DNA of 64,000 nucleotides from an uncultured Acidobacteriota bacterium (GTDB taxonomy: Bacteria; Acidobacteriota; Vicinamibacteria; Vicinamibacterales; Fen-181): positions 236,064 to 300,063 of the forward strand of contig CAVQXT010000007.1 in assembly GCA_963717945.1 (NCBI GenBank), read 5' to 3'. The position numbers were made by a program, and so were the translations under genes. The notes below the pieces were generated by a model. It was not told the origin of the DNA, made no database searches, and was given only the letters and a program-made list of their open reading frames with translations. How positions within the stretch are numbered: position 1 is the first letter of the stretch; each line of letters begins with the position of its first letter. Below, one piece after another: positions 17,725 through 28,021 of the stretch.

Positions 17725-20700
17725 GAACCGGCGCGATCACCTTCTCGATGACGAACACTTCGATGACGTCGCCGACCTTGATGTCGTTGAACCGCTCGAG
17801 GCCGATCCCGCACTCGAAGCCGGACTTGACCTCGGAGACGTCGTCCTTGAACCGGCGCAGCGACCCGATCTTCCCCTCGAAGACGACCACGTGGTCGCGC
17901 AGCAGCCGGGCCTGCGCGTCGCCGCTGCGCTTGATGACGCCGTCGGTGACCATGCAGCCGGCGATCGACCCGATCTTCGGCACGCGGAACACCTCGCGCA
18001 CCTCGGCCGACCCGAGCCGCACTTCCTTGAAGGTGGGCTCGAGCAGCCCCGCCATCGCCTTCTTCATCTCGTCGATGACGTTGTAGATGATCGAGTGGAG
18101 CCGGATCTCGACGTGTTCGCGGTCGGCGACCTCGGCGGCGTTCCGGTCCGGCCTGACGCTGAAGCCGATGATGATGGCGTTGGACGCCGAGGCCAGCAGG
18201 ACGTCCGACTCGTTGATGGCGCCGACGCCCGAGTGGATGATCCGCATCTTGACCTTCTCGTCCGACAGCTTGGTCAGCGTGTCGGCGACCACCTCGGCCG
18301 AGCCCTGCACGTCGGCCTTGATGATGATCGGCAGTTCCTTGACCGCCCCCTGCGCGATCTGCTGCTGCAGCGACTCGAGCGTCAGCCGCGTCGTCGTGGT
18401 GAAGCTGGCCTTCTCCTTCGCCTGCGTCTGGCGGAACAGGACCACCTGCCGCGCCTTGGCGGCGTCGTTGATCGCCTGGAACGAGTCGCCCGGCTGCGGC
18501 AGCGCCGCGAGGCCGAGGACTTCGACCGGGATCGACGGCCCGGCCACCTTGACGTGGCGGCCGCGGTCGTCGATGAGCGCCCGGACCTTGCCGAGCACCG
18601 GCCCGGCGATGACCGTGTCGCCGATGTGCAGCGTGCCGTCCTGGACGAGGATCGTGGCCACCGGGCCCCGGCCCTTGTCGAGCTCCGCCTCGAGCACCGT
18701 GCCGACAGCCGCCCGCTTCGGGTTCGCCTTGAGGTCGCCCATGTCGGAGACGAGCAGGATCATCTCCAGCAGCAGGTCGAGGTTCTGCCGCTTCTTCGCG
18801 GACACTTCCACCATGACCGTCTGGCCGCCCCACTCCTCGGGCATCAGGCCCAGGTCGGACAGCTCGCGCTTCACGCGTTCGGCGTTGGCGTCGGGCTTGT
18901 CGATCTTGTTGATGGCGACGATGATCGGCACCCCGGCCGCCTTCGCGTGGTCGATCGCCTCGCGCGTCTGCGGCATGACGCCGTCGTCGGCCGCGACGAC
19001 CAGGATGACGATGTCGGTGACCCTGGCGCCGCGGGCGCGCATCAGGGTGAACGCCTCGTGGCCGGGCGTGTCGAGGAAGACCACGTGGCGGCCGTTCACC
19101 TGCACGTGGTAGGCGCCGATGTGCTGCGTGATGCCGCCGGCCTCGCGCTCGGCGACGCGTGTCTCGCGGATGCCGTCGAGCAGCGTCGTCTTGCCGTGAT
19201 CGACGTGGCCCATGACGGTGACCACCGGGGCGCGGGTGACGCGGTCCTCCGGGTGGGAGTCCACCACCTCCACCTCGAGCAGTTCCTCTTCGAAGCTGCG
19301 CAGCTGGACGTCGGCGCCGAACTCGCGGGCGATCATCGTCGCCGTCTCGACGTCCAGCGTCGTGTTGATCGTCATCATGATCCGCTTGTCGAGCAGCTTC
19401 TTGAGCACGTCCTTCGTGCGCAGCTCGAGCTTGTCGGCGAGATCCTTGACCGTCATCCCCTCGGCGAGCGTGATCGTCCGCGTGATCGGCGGCGGCGGCG
19501 CCGCGATCGGCATGGGCGGCACGCGAGGCGTGTCGCGGCGCGGGCCACCGTGAGGCCGCTGGCCGTGCATCGGGCGACCGCCCATCGGCGGGCGGGGGAA
19601 CCCGCCGGGCCGCGCGCCCGGCGGCGGCATACCCGGCCGCGCAGGCTGGGCGGGACGGACCGGCTGCGAGGGGAGCGGACGCGGGCCGCTCGCCGCAGAG
19701 CCCGGACGGGGCGGCAGCGCGGCGGGCCGTCCGCTGCCATACGGCGGCCGCGTGCCCGGCACCTGGCCGGCCGGTCGCTGAACCGGGCGGCCGACCTGGC
19801 CGATCGGTCCGGTCGCGCTCGACGGTCTCTGCACCGGCGCGACCGTCCTGGGCGTCAGGCGCGTGGTCGGCGGCGGTGTTTCCTCGACGCGCAGCCGCAT
19901 CTGCGGCGGCACGTGGCGACCGGGCGGAGGCACTCCTGGACGCGATGCCGGAGGCGCCGCGGCGGCGGTCGCCGGGGTCTCGGCTCCCGGCGCGGGATGG
20001 TGCACGAGCCGCGGCGGACCGGGTACGCCAGGCTTGAGCCCGGCCGGGGCCGGAACGTGCGCGGCCGGCGCATGGGCGCCCGGACGAGGCGCGGCCGCCG
20101 GAGCGTGGCGTGCCGGGGCCTGGGCGGCCGGGTGCGACGCCGCGGCTGCCGCCGCCGGAGCGGGGCGTGCCGGCACCTGCGCGGCGGGCGGGTGCTGGGC
20201 GGCTTCTCCAACGCCGGCCTCCGGGGCCGGCGGCGGCGCGGCGTGCTTCTCGACGACCGGTGCCTCGGCGGCGGCCGCGGGCTCGGCCGGCTGCGCGGGC
20301 GCGGCCTCGGGCTCCTTGCGCGGGGCCGGCTTGGCGGTCGGCTGTTCGACCCGCAACTCGGGCATCGCCAGCTCGACGGCCGCTCGCTCGGTGGGCGCGG
20401 CGGCCTCGGCCGGCTCGGCCTCGACCTCGACCTCGGCCGGCTCGGCGGCGAGCGGCTCTTCCTCGGGCGACTCGGCAGGCTTCGGCCTGAGCGTCTTGAC
20501 GAGCCTTGGCGGCGGCAGGGCAGGGGCCACCGGCTTGGGCGGCTCCGGCTTCTTGGCGGCCGTCGGCTTCTTCGATTTGTGAACGGGCGTTTCGGCGAAC
20601 ATGTCGCCGCCGGGCAGCGAGACGCCTCGCTGCCGCGCCATCCGTTCGACGAACTGCCTGGCGACGACCTCTTCAATCGTGCTCGACGCGCCCTTCACCT

Positions 20701-20791
20701 CGATCCCGTGATCGCGCTTGAGGAGAGCGACGACTTCCTGGCTGGTCGTTCCGAGCAGCTCCGCGACTTTGTAGATCCGGACTGTAGCCAA
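17717..20791 (-). CDS. infB: Translation initiation factor IF-2 with a long Pro/Ala-rich N-terminal region
   Basis: The G domain is VTVMGHVDHGKTTLLD, DTPGHEAF, NKID. TTG start with a GAGGT RBS. Confidence 0.97.
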   Translation of the reverse strand: MATVRIYKVAELLGTTSQEVVALLKRDHGIEVKGASSTIEEVVARQFVERMARQRGVSLPGGDMFAETPVHKSKKPTAAKKPEPPKPVAPALPPPRLVKTLRPKPAESPEEEPLAAEPAEVEVEAEPAEAAAPTERAAVELAMPELRVEQPTAKPAPRKEPEAAPAQPAEPAAAAEAPVVEKHAAPPPAPEAGVGEAAQHPPAAQVPARPAPAAAAAASHPAAQAPARHAPAAAPRPGAHAPAAHVPAPAGLKPGVPGPPRLVHHPAPGAETPATAAAAPPASRPGVPPPGRHVPPQMRLRVEETPPPTTRLTPRTVAPVQRPSSATGPIGQVGRPVQRPAGQVPGTRPPYGSGRPAALPPRPGSAASGPRPLPSQPVRPAQPARPGMPPPGARPGGFPRPPMGGRPMHGQRPHGGPRRDTPRVPPMPIAAPPPPITRTITLAEGMTVKDLADKLELRTKDVLKKLLDKRIMMTINTTLDVETATMIAREFGADVQLRSFEEELLEVEVVDSHPEDRVTRAPVVTVMGHVDHGKTTLLDGIRETRVAEREAGGITQHIGAYHVQVNGRHVVFLDTPGHEAFTLMRARGARVTDIVILVVAADDGVMPQTREAIDHAKAAGVPIIVAINKIDKPDANAERVKRELSDLGLMPEEWGGQTVMVEVSAKKRQNLDLLLEMILLVSDMGDLKANPKRAAVGTVLEAELDKGRGPVATILVQDGTLHIGDTVIAGPVLGKVRALIDDRGRHVKVAGPSIPVEVLGLAALPQPGDSFQAINDAAKARQVVLFRQTQAKEKASFTTTTRLTLESLQQQIAQGAVKELPIIIKADVQGSAEVVADTLTKLSDEKVKMRIIHSGVGAINESDVLLASASNAIIIGFSVRPDRNAAEVADREHVEIRLHSIIYNVIDEMKKAMAGLLEPTFKEVRLGSAEVREVFRVPKIGSIAGCMVTDGVIKRSGDAQARLLRDHVVVFEGKIGSLRRFKDDVSEVKSGFECGIGLERFNDIKVGDVIEVFVIEKVIAPVPA

Positions 20792-20813
20792 CGGTTACCT
20801 CGACTGACGTGTG

Positions 20814-22316
<1,503 letters not shown>

Positions 22317-22349
22317 AACTCTCTGAACGTAACTGGCGCCTCGAAGGAC

Positions 22350-22844
22350 TCAGAACTCGACGTCGAGCCGCGCACGTGACACACGGGCCAGCGGCACCCT
22401 CACCTGCCGGCCGTTCTCGTAACCGAGCACGACGTCACCGGCCTCGATCCCCTGGAGCCTGCCGCGGAAGTGCGTCTGGCCGTCCACCGGCTCGGACGTC
22501 ACGACCTGGGCCAGCCGCCCGCGAAACCGGTCGTAGTCGCCGGCGTGGCGCAGCGGCCGGTCGAGTCCGGGGGAGCTCACCTCGAGCGTGTATGCCCGTT
22601 CGATCGGATCCTCGACGTCGAGCAGCGCCCCGAGGTCGCTGCTCACGTGCCGGCAGTCGTCCACGCCCACCGAATCGGCCGGCGAACCCGGCTTCGCCTG
22701 GGTGTCGGCCAGACCGGCGCGGTCGATGGTGACGCGCAGCACCCAGCCCGAGGCCTCGCGACGAAACTGTACGTCGAAGATCTCGAGCCCGTACGTCCGG
22801 GCTACCCGCTCGGCGAGCTCGCGAACGTAATCGAGGCGGTCCAC
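22350..22844 (-). CDS. rimP: Ribosome maturation factor RimP
   Basis: 164 aa, ...YTLEVSSPGLDRPL..., located upstream of nusA. Confidence 0.9.
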   Translation of the reverse strand: MDRLDYVRELAERVARTYGLEIFDVQFRREASGWVLRVTIDRAGLADTQAKPGSPADSVGVDDCRHVSSDLGALLDVEDPIERAYTLEVSSPGLDRPLRHAGDYDRFRGRLAQVVTSEPVDGQTHFRGRLQGIEAGDVVLGYENGRQVRVPLARVSRARLDVEF

Positions 22845-22919
22845 GGTCTCCCCAAAACACGAAAAGTGGGCACGGGCCCACTCCAGTTGCCTCCAAGCCT
22901 CGACACCCGAAGCAAGTCA

Positions 22920-22949
22920 GTATATCACGCGGTATTTCCCCCGGGCAAC
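22920..22949 (-). promoter_or_regulatory. Candidate sigma-70 promoter of the rimP-nusA-infB operon
   Basis: On the minus strand: TTGCCC, an 18-nt spacer, then TATACT. It lies about 75 nt upstream of the rimP start. Confidence 0.3.
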
Positions 22950-22987
22950 GGACCCGCCTTCGCGCGGCGCGCTTCGGCGAGGCCTCG

Positions 22988-24370
22988 CTAAAGCCCGCTC
23001 GTGTCGGCCGCGGGCGGCACCGGGCGGACCACCAGATCGTACCCCCGGGCCGCCACCACCTCGCCCTCGACCAGCGCCCCCGGCCGGCAGACGGCAGGGT
23101 CCGCCTCGGAGAGGTAGACGACCGGGTCGATCTCGGGCGCCTGCGAGGCCAGCCGGCCCGCGATGACCAGCGGGTGCTCCGCCGACGGGCCGTCCACCAG
23201 GACCCTGACCCGCTGACCGACGCGGCGCCTGTTGGCCGCCGTCACGAGCCGCTTCTGCGCCGTCATCAGCGCGCGCTGGCGCCCCAGCTTCACCCGCCGG
23301 GGCACGTCGTCGTCCAGCCGGCCGGCCGAGGTGCCTTCCTCGTGGGAGTAGGTGAACACGCCGACGTGGTCGAAGCCCGTCTCTTCCACGAACCGCCTAA
23401 GTTCGGCGAATTCCGCCTCGGTCTCGCCCGGGAAGCCCACGATGAACGTCGAACGCAGCGTCACGCCGGGAATGGTCGAGCGAATCTTCCCGATGAGCCG
23501 GGTATAGCCGGCGCGCGTGCCGGGCCGTCGCATCCGCTCGAGAACCGGGTCCGACGCGTGCTGGAGCGGCAGGTCCACGTACTTGCAAACCTTGTCGCAC
23601 TCGGCCATGGCGTCGAGCGTCTCGATGGTAATGGTGGTCGGGTAGAGATACAGCACCCTGATCCACTCGAGCCCCTTCACCCGGTCGAGCTGCCGCAGCA
23701 GGCGCGCCAGGGCGCCGCGCTCGCCGCGGTCGATGCCGAAGTAGGTGCTGTCCTGCGAGACCAGGATCAGCTCCTTCACGCCGCGGCCGGCGAGTAGGTT
23801 CGCCTCGCGCACCACGGAGCCGACCGACCGGCTCCGGTACCGCCCTCGCAGGCGCGGGATGATGCAGAAGGAGCACTTGTAGTTGCACCCCTCGGCGATC
23901 TTCACGTAGGCCAGGTGCGACGGGGTGGTGAGGGTGCGGGGGGTGAGATCGGAGTAGAGATAGATGGGGCGCAGGGCTAAAGCCCTGCGGTATCCGGTGT
24001 CGTTGGGCAGCGGGACGGCTGAAGCCTTGCTCTCGACTGCCGCGACGATCTCCGGCACCTCACCGGTGCCCAGCACCACGTCGATCTCGGGGATCGCGGC
24101 GCGCAACTCGTCACGGTAGCGCTCCGCCATGCAGCCGGTGACCACGAGGCGCTTGCACCGGCCGCCGGTCTTGTGCCCCGCCATTTCGAGGATCGCCGAC
24201 ACCGACTCCTCACGGGCCGACTCGATGAAGGCGCAGGTATTGACGACGAGGACGTCCGCTTCGGCGGGGTCCGCCGTGAGCGTATGCCCGGCCCGCTGCG
24301 CGAGGCCGAGCATCACCTCCGAGTCCACGAGGTTCTTGGGGCAGCCAAGGGAAACGACACCAATCTTCAT
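22988..24370 (-). CDS. rimO: Ribosomal protein S12 methylthiotransferase RimO
   Basis: It has an MTTase N-domain (MKIGVVSLGCPKN), the radical-SAM motif CNYKCSFC and a C-terminal TRAM domain. Confidence 0.93.
   Translation of the reverse strand: MKIGVVSLGCPKNLVDSEVMLGLAQRAGHTLTADPAEADVLVVNTCAFIESAREESVSAILEMAGHKTGGRCKRLVVTGCMAERYRDELRAAIPEIDVVLGTGEVPEIVAAVESKASAVPLPNDTGYRRALALRPIYLYSDLTPRTLTTPSHLAYVKIAEGCNYKCSFCIIPRLRGRYRSRSVGSVVREANLLAGRGVKELILVSQDSTYFGIDRGERGALARLLRQLDRVKGLEWIRVLYLYPTTITIETLDAMAECDKVCKYVDLPLQHASDPVLERMRRPGTRAGYTRLIGKIRSTIPGVTLRSTFIVGFPGETEAEFAELRRFVEETGFDHVGVFTYSHEEGTSAGRLDDDVPRRVKLGRQRALMTAQKRLVTAANRRRVGQRVRVLVDGPSAEHPLVIAGRLASQAPEIDPVVYLSEADPAVCRPGALVEGEVVAARGYDLVVRPVPPAADTSGL
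23969..23989. repeat. REP-like hairpin family 1a copy located in-frame inside rimO
   Basis: GCGCAGGGCTAAAGCCCTGCG is identical to the intergenic copy at 24398-24418. It encodes RRALALR in the interdomain linker. Confidence 0.85.
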
Positions 24371-24397
24371 CGGCTCACGCCTTACGCCTCACGTCTT
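24371..24397. repeat. Heptamer array (GGCTCAC GCCTTAC GCCTCAC) immediately upstream of the rimO start
   Basis: The minus strand reads GTGAGGC GTAAGGC GTGAGCC G ATG. Confidence 0.85.
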
Positions 24398-24472
24398 GCG
24401 CAGGGCTAAAGCCCTGCGCTATCTGGAGATCTTGTCGAGATTGCCAGATAGCGCAGGCCTTCAGGCCTGCGC
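24398..24472. repeat. Composite 75-bp palindrome made of two inverted REP family 1a hairpins
   Basis: GCGCAGGGCTAAAGCCCTGCGCTATCTGG (24398-24426) faces CCAGATAGCGCAGGCCTTCAGGCCTGCGC (24444-24472). Confidence 0.85.
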
Positions 24473-24498
24473 CACTGCCTACTGCTCCGCCTTACGCC

Positions 24499-25359
24499 TC
24501 ACGGTTCGAGTACCGCGTCCGACTGGAGGATCGCCTCGAACCGCTGGCGGGCGGCCGAGGTCTTCTCGAGCGACGCGCGCGGGGTGGCGCTGCTTCCCAG
24601 CTCGAACACCAGCGCGCCGTCGTACCCCACCTTCTGAAGCGACATCAGTCCCGTCGCCCAGTCGAGCCGTCCGTCGAAGGGCGCCAGGTGATCGTCGCGC
24701 TGCCCCCGGTTGTCGTGGACGTGCGTCGTCACCATCTCGCCCGACACGATGTCGATGGCGTCGGCGAGATCGCCCATCAGCGCCGCATGGCCCATGTCGA
24801 GGCAGATGCCCGCGCCGGGCGCCGGCAGCTCGAGTTCGTCTTCGATGAGCTGGACGAGCCGCTCGGGCGCTGACAGCGCGTTCGGGATGACCTCGACCGC
24901 CACCTGCACCCCGAGCCGCGAGGCCGCCTCCGCAATGTCCTCGAGGCTGCGACGCGCGGCGGCAGGGGAGTTCTCGTCGGCCGACGACAGCACGTCCGGA
25001 ACGCCCAGGTGGAGCACCAGGTATCGGAACGGGACCGTCCGGGCGATGTCGAGCGCCGCCAGGCACTCCGCGACCGCCTGCTGGCGCGCCGTCTCGTCCG
25101 CGGCGGCCGTCGACAGCATCCGGCCCCACCGGCCGTTCTCGATCCGGTCAACCAAGGGCGCGTGCACCGAGTGCAGCGTGAGACCGTTGACGGCCAGCCA
25201 GCCGCCGAGCGCGTCAACCGCCGACGGCTCGTCGTAGTCGAAATGCCCGCGTGTCGCGAACAGCTCGATCTCGCGGAACCCGAATTCGGCGAGTTCGGCG
25301 ACGTGTCCGGGCCCGAGCGGTCGGTCGTAGTAAAGATGGGTCGAGATTCCGTAATGCAC
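24499..25359 (-). CDS. Sugar phosphate isomerase/epimerase (xylose isomerase-like TIM barrel)
   Basis: 286 aa with the AP endonuclease 2 / TIM-barrel pattern (IELFATRGHFD, VLHLG, CLDMGHA, HVHDN). Confidence 0.75.
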   Translation of the reverse strand: MHYGISTHLYYDRPLGPGHVAELAEFGFREIELFATRGHFDYDEPSAVDALGGWLAVNGLTLHSVHAPLVDRIENGRWGRMLSTAAADETARQQAVAECLAALDIARTVPFRYLVLHLGVPDVLSSADENSPAAARRSLEDIAEAASRLGVQVAVEVIPNALSAPERLVQLIEDELELPAPGAGICLDMGHAALMGDLADAIDIVSGEMVTTHVHDNRGQRDDHLAPFDGRLDWATGLMSLQKVGYDGALVFELGSSATPRASLEKTSAARQRFEAILQSDAVLEP

Positions 25360-25410
25360 GGCGCGGTCGCAATCCTCTGTGGAACGGGTGGATACCCTAT
25401 CTTAGCGCAC

Positions 25411-26466
25411 CTACCGCAGCGCCTCGACGAAGGTGGCCAGCAGGTCCCGCAGTTGGCTGAAGCGCGGGTAGCGCTCCAGGTTGCGCCGCACGTTCCTCAC
25501 CGTCCGCGGTATGTATTGGATATAGACGGTGTTCTGGCGCGTCGTCGTCTGGTAGCCGAACGTGCCGAGCGCCTTGAGGTTGCGCTGGAGCGACATGAGG
25601 TCGAACCGCCGCCTGAAGTCTGCCTGATACGACCGGGCGGCGGCCGTGTCGGCCCGCCCGTCACCCTGGCCTCGCAGGGCCAGGAAGAACGCGATGAGCT
25701 CGTCGACGGTCTCCTCCGCGAAGTCCACGTACGAATCCCTGAGCAGCGAGGCCAGATCGTAAGTGTCCGGTCCGAGCCGCGCGTCCTGGAAGTCGATGAT
25801 GTAGAGCACACCGCGGTGGGGCATCAGGTTGCGGCTGTGGTAGTCGCGGTGGCAGAGCACCCTCGGCTCGCCGGCCAGCTCCTCGACGATCGGCCGCCAT
25901 TCCGCGCGGATCGCCTCGCGCGTGGCCGCCGGCACCTCGACGCCGCGGTAGGCCTCGATGAAGTGCTTCACGAAGAACTCGAGCTCCCACGTCAGTTTGT
26001 CGACGTCGAAGGCGAGCGTGTAGGGCGTGAAGCCCTCCGACGCCAGTTCCGCGCCGCGCCGCTGCAGCACCTCGATGAACCCGACCGCCTGGCGGTACAG
26101 CGCGGCATGCTCCCCGGGTGACGCCACGCCAAGGTGCGCCTGCATCGTGACGTCGCCCAGGTCCTGCAGCCTGAGCAGGCCGAGATCCTCGGCATGATCG
26201 AAGATCGCCGGCACCGGCAGCGGCACGCGGTCGAGCAGCCGGGCGACGTTCGCGAACGACAGCGTCTCGTAGACAAACGGCGCCGAATAGAGCGCCAGCA
26301 CCGAGGTCGTCCCGGACGGGTCGAACAGCCGGAAGTACCGGCGGTCGGACGCATCCCCGGTCAGCGGAACGATGCGCGTGGCCTCGCGGTCGAAGCCGCG
26401 GCGCGCGAGGTACGCGGCGATCGGTTCGGGTACCGGCACGGCGGCGGGATGCGTATCGAGACTCAT
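25411..26466 (-). CDS. Aminoglycoside-phosphotransferase-fold sugar kinase (AmgK-like anomeric MurNAc/GlcNAc kinase candidate)
   Basis: Motifs are LTGDASDRRYFRL, HRDYHSRNLM and IIDFQDARLGPDTYDLASLL. The ATGA overlap links it to the upstream nucleotidyltransferase. Confidence 0.65.
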   Translation of the reverse strand: MSLDTHPAAVPVPEPIAAYLARRGFDREATRIVPLTGDASDRRYFRLFDPSGTTSVLALYSAPFVYETLSFANVARLLDRVPLPVPAIFDHAEDLGLLRLQDLGDVTMQAHLGVASPGEHAALYRQAVGFIEVLQRRGAELASEGFTPYTLAFDVDKLTWELEFFVKHFIEAYRGVEVPAATREAIRAEWRPIVEELAGEPRVLCHRDYHSRNLMPHRGVLYIIDFQDARLGPDTYDLASLLRDSYVDFAEETVDELIAFFLALRGQGDGRADTAAARSYQADFRRRFDLMSLQRNLKALGTFGYQTTTRQNTVYIQYIPRTVRNVRRNLERYPRFSQLRDLLATFVEALR

Positions 26467-27446
26467 GGCATTACCGTTCGATCGATTGGAGCCAGCAGGA
26501 GGTCGCCCACCAGGTCGTCGCCCGGCCCGGGCGCGCAGCACGCGGCGGGGACGACCGCCTTGCGCTGCCACCGGACGCCGGCCGGCACCCGGACCCGGTC
26601 GGCGACGACGCACTCGGTCAGCCAGGCGCCCTCGCCAACCGTCACATCGTCCCACAAAACGGTGCGGACCAGGCGCGCCGACGAAGCGACGTCGCAGCGG
26701 GACCCGGCCAGCGGCGAGCCGGGCACGACCGGTTCATCGGCAGCCGCGCGGGCGAACGCCAGGGAAGTGGCCAGGTAGTCGGCCGGCGTGCCGATATCCG
26801 AGAACGCCGCGCGGGTGGTCACGGCCCGCACGCAGCCCGGGTCCGACTCGATGAGTGCCGGGTACCACATGCCGATCGACTCGGCGGGCGCGCCGGCGGG
26901 GAGGCCCGCGAACGCGCTGGCCTCGACCACCTGCAGGCCGATGAAGTGCCACGAAGACCGGGCGCTGCCGCGGCCGACGAAACCGGCCACCGCGCCGTCG
27001 TCGTTGACGAGGACCCCGCCGTAGCGGTCCGGCTCGGTGTTCGGGACCACGGCGAGCGTCACCAGCGCGCCCGAGCGATCGTGATGGGCGAGCAGGCCGG
27101 AGAGGGACAGGTCGGTGAGCGTGTCGCCGTTCACGACGAGGAATCGATCCTCGGCGACCAGCGGCAGCGCGCGTCGCGGGCCGCCGGCCGAGCCGAGCAC
27201 GGGGTTCTCCCACGAATAGCGCGCGCGCACGCCGAGGTCGCTGGCGTCGCCGACTGCCGCGCAGACGGTCTCGGGCAGGTGGTGCAGGTTCAGCACGACG
27301 TCGACGACGCCCTGGGCCGACAGCCACCGGAGGATCCGGCGGACGAGCGGCTCGCCCGCGACAGGCACGGCCGGCTTCGCCCGCATCGACGACAGCGGGC
27401 GCAGCCGCGTGCCCAGGCCGGCGGTCAGCAGCAGGGCAGGCAGCAT
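26463..27446 (-). CDS. NDP-sugar pyrophosphorylase (MurU/GlmU-like nucleotidyltransferase with a C-terminal beta-helix-like region)
   Basis: The N-terminus is LLLTAGLGTRLRPLSSMRAKPAVPVAG. Confidence 0.7.
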   Translation of the reverse strand: MLPALLLTAGLGTRLRPLSSMRAKPAVPVAGEPLVRRILRWLSAQGVVDVVLNLHHLPETVCAAVGDASDLGVRARYSWENPVLGSAGGPRRALPLVAEDRFLVVNGDTLTDLSLSGLLAHHDRSGALVTLAVVPNTEPDRYGGVLVNDDGAVAGFVGRGSARSSWHFIGLQVVEASAFAGLPAGAPAESIGMWYPALIESDPGCVRAVTTRAAFSDIGTPADYLATSLAFARAAADEPVVPGSPLAGSRCDVASSARLVRTVLWDDVTVGEGAWLTECVVADRVRVPAGVRWQRKAVVPAACCAPGPGDDLVGDLLLAPIDRTVMP

Positions 27447-27451
27447 GCCGT

Positions 27452-28009
27452 CTACTCTTCGAAAACCATGTCGCCGACCGGCTTGCCGGCGGCGGCGCAG
27501 TGCTGCACGTACAGACCGCGGTAGGAGTCGATGATGTAGTCTTCCGGGCCCCGGCCCAGGTCGACGGCGATCGTCGCGATGGCCTGTTCGCTCCCCTCGA
27601 TCTCCACGAACGTGCCGATCGGCGTCTCGTCGAGGGCGATGATCGCGTCGAGCGCGCCGAACTCCTCCCGGTACTTCTGGTAGCGGAACCACCCGGTGAT
27701 GCCGAGCTGCTCGAGGACGTAGAGCATCGTCTCGCCGTCGGCGACGACCGTCTCGCGCTCCTCCCGGAGCTTGAACGGCGACGGTTGGACGGGCCCCTTG
27801 TAGGTCAGCAGGCTGCGCCCCTGTTCCGTCCGGACGCGCAGCACCGAGCGGCGGGCCCGCAGCCGCTCGTCGGCGGTGTCGACCAGGCAGTCTTCCTGCA
27901 GCCGGCGTCCCCGAAGGAGCGTCGCCCGTGTCCGCAGGATCGCGTCACGCGCCTCGGCGGCGCTGGCGAACCGCAGCTTGACCTCGCGCTCCAGCGAGCT
28001 GGTAGTCAT
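27452..28009 (-). CDS. CYTH domain protein (triphosphate tunnel metalloenzyme / class IV adenylate cyclase family)
   Basis: It has the EREVKL start motif (ExExK) and alternating charged beta strands. Confidence 0.7.
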   Translation of the reverse strand: MTTSSLEREVKLRFASAAEARDAILRTRATLLRGRRLQEDCLVDTADERLRARRSVLRVRTEQGRSLLTYKGPVQPSPFKLREERETVVADGETMLYVLEQLGITGWFRYQKYREEFGALDAIIALDETPIGTFVEIEGSEQAIATIAVDLGRGPEDYIIDSYRGLYVQHCAAAGKPVGDMVFEE

Positions 28010-28021
28010 CCCGCCTCCAGG

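Noticed and set aside
24495-24515. A GGTTCGAGT T-loop-like string as a hint of a tRNA
   Set aside because: No acceptor, D-arm or anticodon arms can be drawn around it, and it lies at the 3' end of the isomerase CDS.
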